This document shows, piece after piece, positions 61,014 through 64,000 of a stretch of 64,000 nt of DNA. The number at the start of each line of letters is the position of its first letter. The stretch's first letter is position 1. Source of the DNA: Fibrobacterota bacterium (lineage in GTDB: Bacteria; Fibrobacterota; Fibrobacteria; UBA11236); the NCBI GenBank assembly GCA_019509785.1, contig JAEKLQ010000027.1, positions 25,755 to 89,754 on the forward strand, read 5' to 3'. Both the position numbers and the translations under genes were made by a program. Below the pieces are notes generated by a model that was not told where the DNA came from, did not search any database, and saw only the letters and a list, made by a program, of their open reading frames with translations.

Positions 61014-62768
61014 CTAGGGAATAAGGAGCGCGCCCGAGCTGGCCTTTTGCGCAACGTTGACCCGTACCATGTACATCCCGCGGCTGAGCGTAGAGGTATT
61101 CAGGCGAACCTCGGAGCCCATGACCCCACGCATTTCCAAGCGCTTGGCGCCGCGCAGGTCATAGACCGCGATATCCTTGGGAGCCGATGCGTCGCCAAGG
61201 AAGCGCAGGATATTCCCATCCTTCCCGGATATCATCCTCCAGGCGGCTTCCGGCGCCTTGGAGGCTACTCCCGTAGTCGGCTGGAATTTGTAATCCGTTC
61301 CCGGGCCGAACTTGTTCAGGGTATAGAGCGCGAAATTGGCGAAGAGGGCGGTACCGTCATCAGCCGTGATGTTGGAGAAGTTGATTTTCACGACCCGGCC
61401 CGTCTGCAAGCCGGATAGGGTCAAGGTCGCATGCAGCTTATCGGCCGAAAGGACGGCCGAGCTCACAGTCAGGTTCGTCGCATTCGACATGTTGCCGGCG
61501 CCATAACCCGAAGCGGGGATATTCTGCCAGATGCGCGCCTTGTAATTGGCGGCCACCGCGGCCGATGCTCCCGCCGGCTTGGTGAACTCGATGTCGAAGC
61601 TGTTGTTGGAGCGATTGCGGACGGCCAGCACGTCGAAGGCCAACTTGCCGTTGGGCGCCAGGACGTCAAAGCCCGAAACCATCGCGGCTCGCCCGTTCCA
61701 GCTTCCCGAACTTCCCGCCAGCCCCAGGTAGATCCGGCCGGCCGGGCCCTCCTTGATGCGGAACACCCCGTCGATGCCGCTCTTCACGAAGGGAATGACG
61801 CATCCCTGCAAATCGCCGCCGACGTTCTCGGTGAATACCCGGACGATCTTGTTCGCATGGTCCTGTACGGTTTCCCCCACCAGCATCTGGCCGGCATACG
61901 TCCCCTGGCTCAGCACCGCGCCGTTCCCCCAGGATCGGCCGGTCGCATCGGTCCCGTCCGCGTAATTGGACCAGGCCAAGGGAGGGGTTTCGGCATTGTT
62001 GTTGGCGGTCTGGCAGGCGTTGGCCGGATTGGTCTGGTGCCCGTAGAACTTTCCCGCCTTGACGTTGATCACCTTGGACGAAGGCAACCAAGTTCCCTGG
62101 TTATCGGTGACGAAGAGGTCCTCGCCGTTGGTCCACATGCCGTTGGGATTGCGGAAGCCGCAGGCGTAGGCCGAGCTGGTTCCGTCCTTGTTGAGCTTAT
62201 AGAGCGTGGAGCGTCCCGGCAGGGCCGAGCCCCCGTACTCGGGAGAACCCCAATCCGGGCCGCCGATATGCACGTCCGACGACAAGGCGGCGTAGAAGGA
62301 CCCGTTCAGGTAGCCCAGATCATAGGCGAAGTTCAGCATCCCGTTGTCCGAAGGGAAGGCCTCGTTGATGCTGTTGTATTGATCGGCCACCCCGTCGCTG
62401 TCGGTATCGAGGAGCTGGGTCAGGGCTTCCTTCTCCATCACGTAGATGACGTTGTCCACGATTTTCAGGCCCATGGCATTGTCCAAGCCCGTGGCGAAAC
62501 GCGTCACCTTGATCCCGCTGGAACCCTTGTCCAGGCCCGAGAAGATGAACACCGAACCCGGAATGCCCCATTCCACCAAGGCCACCCGGCCGTCCGGAAA
62601 CACGTCCATGCCGCCCGTGAGGGGTAAGGCCGCGTTCAAGGCCGGGGGCGTGAAAAGGTTGGATGGGGTGAAGGTAGCGCCCTCGCGCGTGTAGGAGGGA
62701 TGGACTTGGGCCATGGCGGCACTGGCGGCCAGGCAGGGAATCAGCAGGGAGTACAAAGGATTCTTCAT
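61014..62768 (-). CDS. Secreted beta-propeller (sorbosone-dehydrogenase-like) protein + Ig domain + Por-like tail
   Basis: FATGL..MGL, DTDSDGVAD, ACGFRNPNG, VTDNQGTW, GKFYGH; C-terminal VYDLRG...LSRGMYMVRV. Confidence 0.78.
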   Translation of the reverse strand: MKNPLYSLLIPCLAASAAMAQVHPSYTREGATFTPSNLFTPPALNAALPLTGGMDVFPDGRVALVEWGIPGSVFIFSGLDKGSSGIKVTRFATGLDNAMGLKIVDNVIYVMEKEALTQLLDTDSDGVADQYNSINEAFPSDNGMLNFAYDLGYLNGSFYAALSSDVHIGGPDWGSPEYGGSALPGRSTLYKLNKDGTSSAYACGFRNPNGMWTNGEDLFVTDNQGTWLPSSKVINVKAGKFYGHQTNPANACQTANNNAETPPLAWSNYADGTDATGRSWGNGAVLSQGTYAGQMLVGETVQDHANKIVRVFTENVGGDLQGCVIPFVKSGIDGVFRIKEGPAGRIYLGLAGSSGSWNGRAAMVSGFDVLAPNGKLAFDVLAVRNRSNNSFDIEFTKPAGASAAVAANYKARIWQNIPASGYGAGNMSNATNLTVSSAVLSADKLHATLTLSGLQTGRVVKINFSNITADDGTALFANFALYTLNKFGPGTDYKFQPTTGVASKAPEAAWRMISGKDGNILRFLGDASAPKDIAVYDLRGAKRLEMRGVMGSEVRLNTSTLSRGMYMVRVNVAQKASSGALLIP

Positions 62769-62779
62769 GTTGCTTCCTC

Positions 62780-63448
62780 TCAATTCCAGGTCCCGTTGAG
62801 GGTGGCGGTGCCATTTGCCGAAATGGTCAGGTACATCGGATTGGTGCCCGAGATGGCGCCACCGCTTTGGGCCGTCCAGGTCTCGGTGGCTACGCCTCCG
62901 TTGAGCTTCAGGCGCACGCTTTGGCCCGTGCCGAGCCCGCTCACGGCGATGGCCCGGCGGATGCCGCCGCTGCCGCCCGCCACGTACTCCGGCGTCTCAG
63001 CGATCTCCACCGTGTTGGCGCTGGCGAGGATGGAGTAGCGGAAGGTGACCGCATTGCCTTTCAAGGTATAGCCGCGGAAAACCGTGCGGGACGTGGCCGT
63101 GGCGCCGTTGTCCTGGAAATCCCACAAGGCGGCCGCCTTGTTCTGGTGCAGGATGGCCCCTCCGCTGAAGGTCTGCACCTGCCCATATGTCGTCTGGGTG
63201 TAGGCGGAGTTGTTGTCTTTGGCGGTGCCGGTACGGGTCATGAACAGGCCGCCGTTTTCGGTGCTGTAGAACGCCGTGAAATTGGCGTTCAGGAGGACCG
63301 CCACCAATCGGTTCTTGTTACCGCTCGGCCGGGAGGCGTTATCCAGGTTAAGGGCCGTCCGATATACCCACGGATCCCGCGGGCGGGTTTGGGAGAAAGC
63401 CGTAGCGGCCAGGGCAAATACCATCGTACTGGTTATCCATCCCTTCAT
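62780..63448 (-). CDS. Secreted hypothetical protein (RPRDPWVYR N-terminal motif)
   Basis: Signal peptide, GGAGG SD 7 nt upstream, FRGY...ETPE motifs; 11 bp upstream of the propeller gene. Confidence 0.7.
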   Translation of the reverse strand: MKGWITSTMVFALAATAFSQTRPRDPWVYRTALNLDNASRPSGNKNRLVAVLLNANFTAFYSTENGGLFMTRTGTAKDNNSAYTQTTYGQVQTFSGGAILHQNKAAALWDFQDNGATATSRTVFRGYTLKGNAVTFRYSILASANTVEIAETPEYVAGGSGGIRRAIAVSGLGTGQSVRLKLNGGVATETWTAQSGGAISGTNPMYLTISANGTATLNGTWN

Positions 63449-63515
63449 TTCCATTCCTCCTGATAAAAAGTGGCTATAGTCGTAGGCAGCAAGTAGGTCC
63501 AGGATACGAGCCGCG

Positions 63516-64000
63516 TCAGATGCCCCAAGCGATCTGGGTCATCCAATACCAATCCCCTTTGCCGACCGTGATCTCGTTATGGTCGAATTGCGGACCGTAG
63601 AAATAACGGGAAGACACCATTCGCATATGGTCGTTCGCGGCTTGGCCCGAAATGGTAATGAACTTCCCGATCTTCTTCTGGACCAGCAGGCTCCATTTGA
63701 AATCATCGTGCTTGGCCAGATCATTCCAATCGTTTTTGGAAGCGACGGTGTCCGAAGGGATGGGGAATATCGGAAGCGGAATGGCCTCGTTCGCGATCTG
63801 GGCCGTATTGTTGAGCCAAGGGGATTTGAACCACTCTACTTGCAAGGAGATGAGGTCGAGAAAGCGGAAGCCGGGGAGGTTCACGCCGGCCATGATGGGC
63901 ATACGTTCCGATCTCTTGGTATAGAAAACCGGATAGTTGCGCACCCCGAGCAGGGCCACTTCCGAATAAAACTTCAAATCCTCGGGGCCGAACATGTCCG
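63516..64000 (-). CDS. C-terminal part of a putative outer-membrane beta-barrel protein (5' end beyond the window)
   Basis: LKFYSEVALLG..ERMPIMAGVNLP..DDFKWS..WYWMTQIAWGI; the frame is open to the window edge. Confidence 0.65.
   Translation of the reverse strand, partial: DMFGPEDLKFYSEVALLGVRNYPVFYTKRSERMPIMAGVNLPGFRFLDLISLQVEWFKSPWLNNTAQIANEAIPLPIFPIPSDTVASKNDWNDLAKHDDFKWSLLVQKKIGKFITISGQAANDHMRMVSSRYFYGPQFDHNEITVGKGDWYWMTQIAWGI

Overview
This is a 64-kb, GC-rich (roughly 60-65% by eye), gene-dense chromosomal window. It most likely comes from a Fibrobacterota bacterium, judged from a TIGR02147-type gene paired with a lipoprotein and many secreted proteins with T9SS/Por-like C-terminal tails. 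Housekeeping genes include mutS, scpA/scpB, glmS/glmM, rimO, rpsU, a UvrD-family helicase, plsC, an RsuA/RluB-family pseudouridine synthase, lipA, cysD/cysN/cysC, hsp20, clpB and an isolated flgB. Secreted or accessory enzymes include an Asp-box propeller, an expansin-like protein, an AcpA-type phosphoesterase, a tandem SGNH esterase, a DUF1080 protein and a dehydrogenase-like propeller. I found no tRNA, rRNA, CRISPR array, integrase or transposase. Most notable: (1) two intercistronic elements, 41 kb apart, built from inverted AGGGTWM heptamer arrays that share an identical 30-mer and could fold as a long hairpin or a G-quadruplex; (2) four sigma-54 -24/-12 promoter motifs, with hsp20 and clpB also sharing an upstream TGTCTCA-N3-TGnnACA enhancer-like site, suggesting a sigma-54-driven chaperone regulon; (3) a translationally coupled operon of Ser/Thr kinase, TPR protein, FHA/sigma-54 activator and lipoprotein; (4) a ThuA/TIM-barrel/2x Gfo-Idh-MocA/DUF1080 cluster resembling the 3-keto-glycoside cleavage pathway; (5) a UvrD that naturally lacks the 2B subdomain. 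All family assignments come from motif recognition by eye; no database searches were run.
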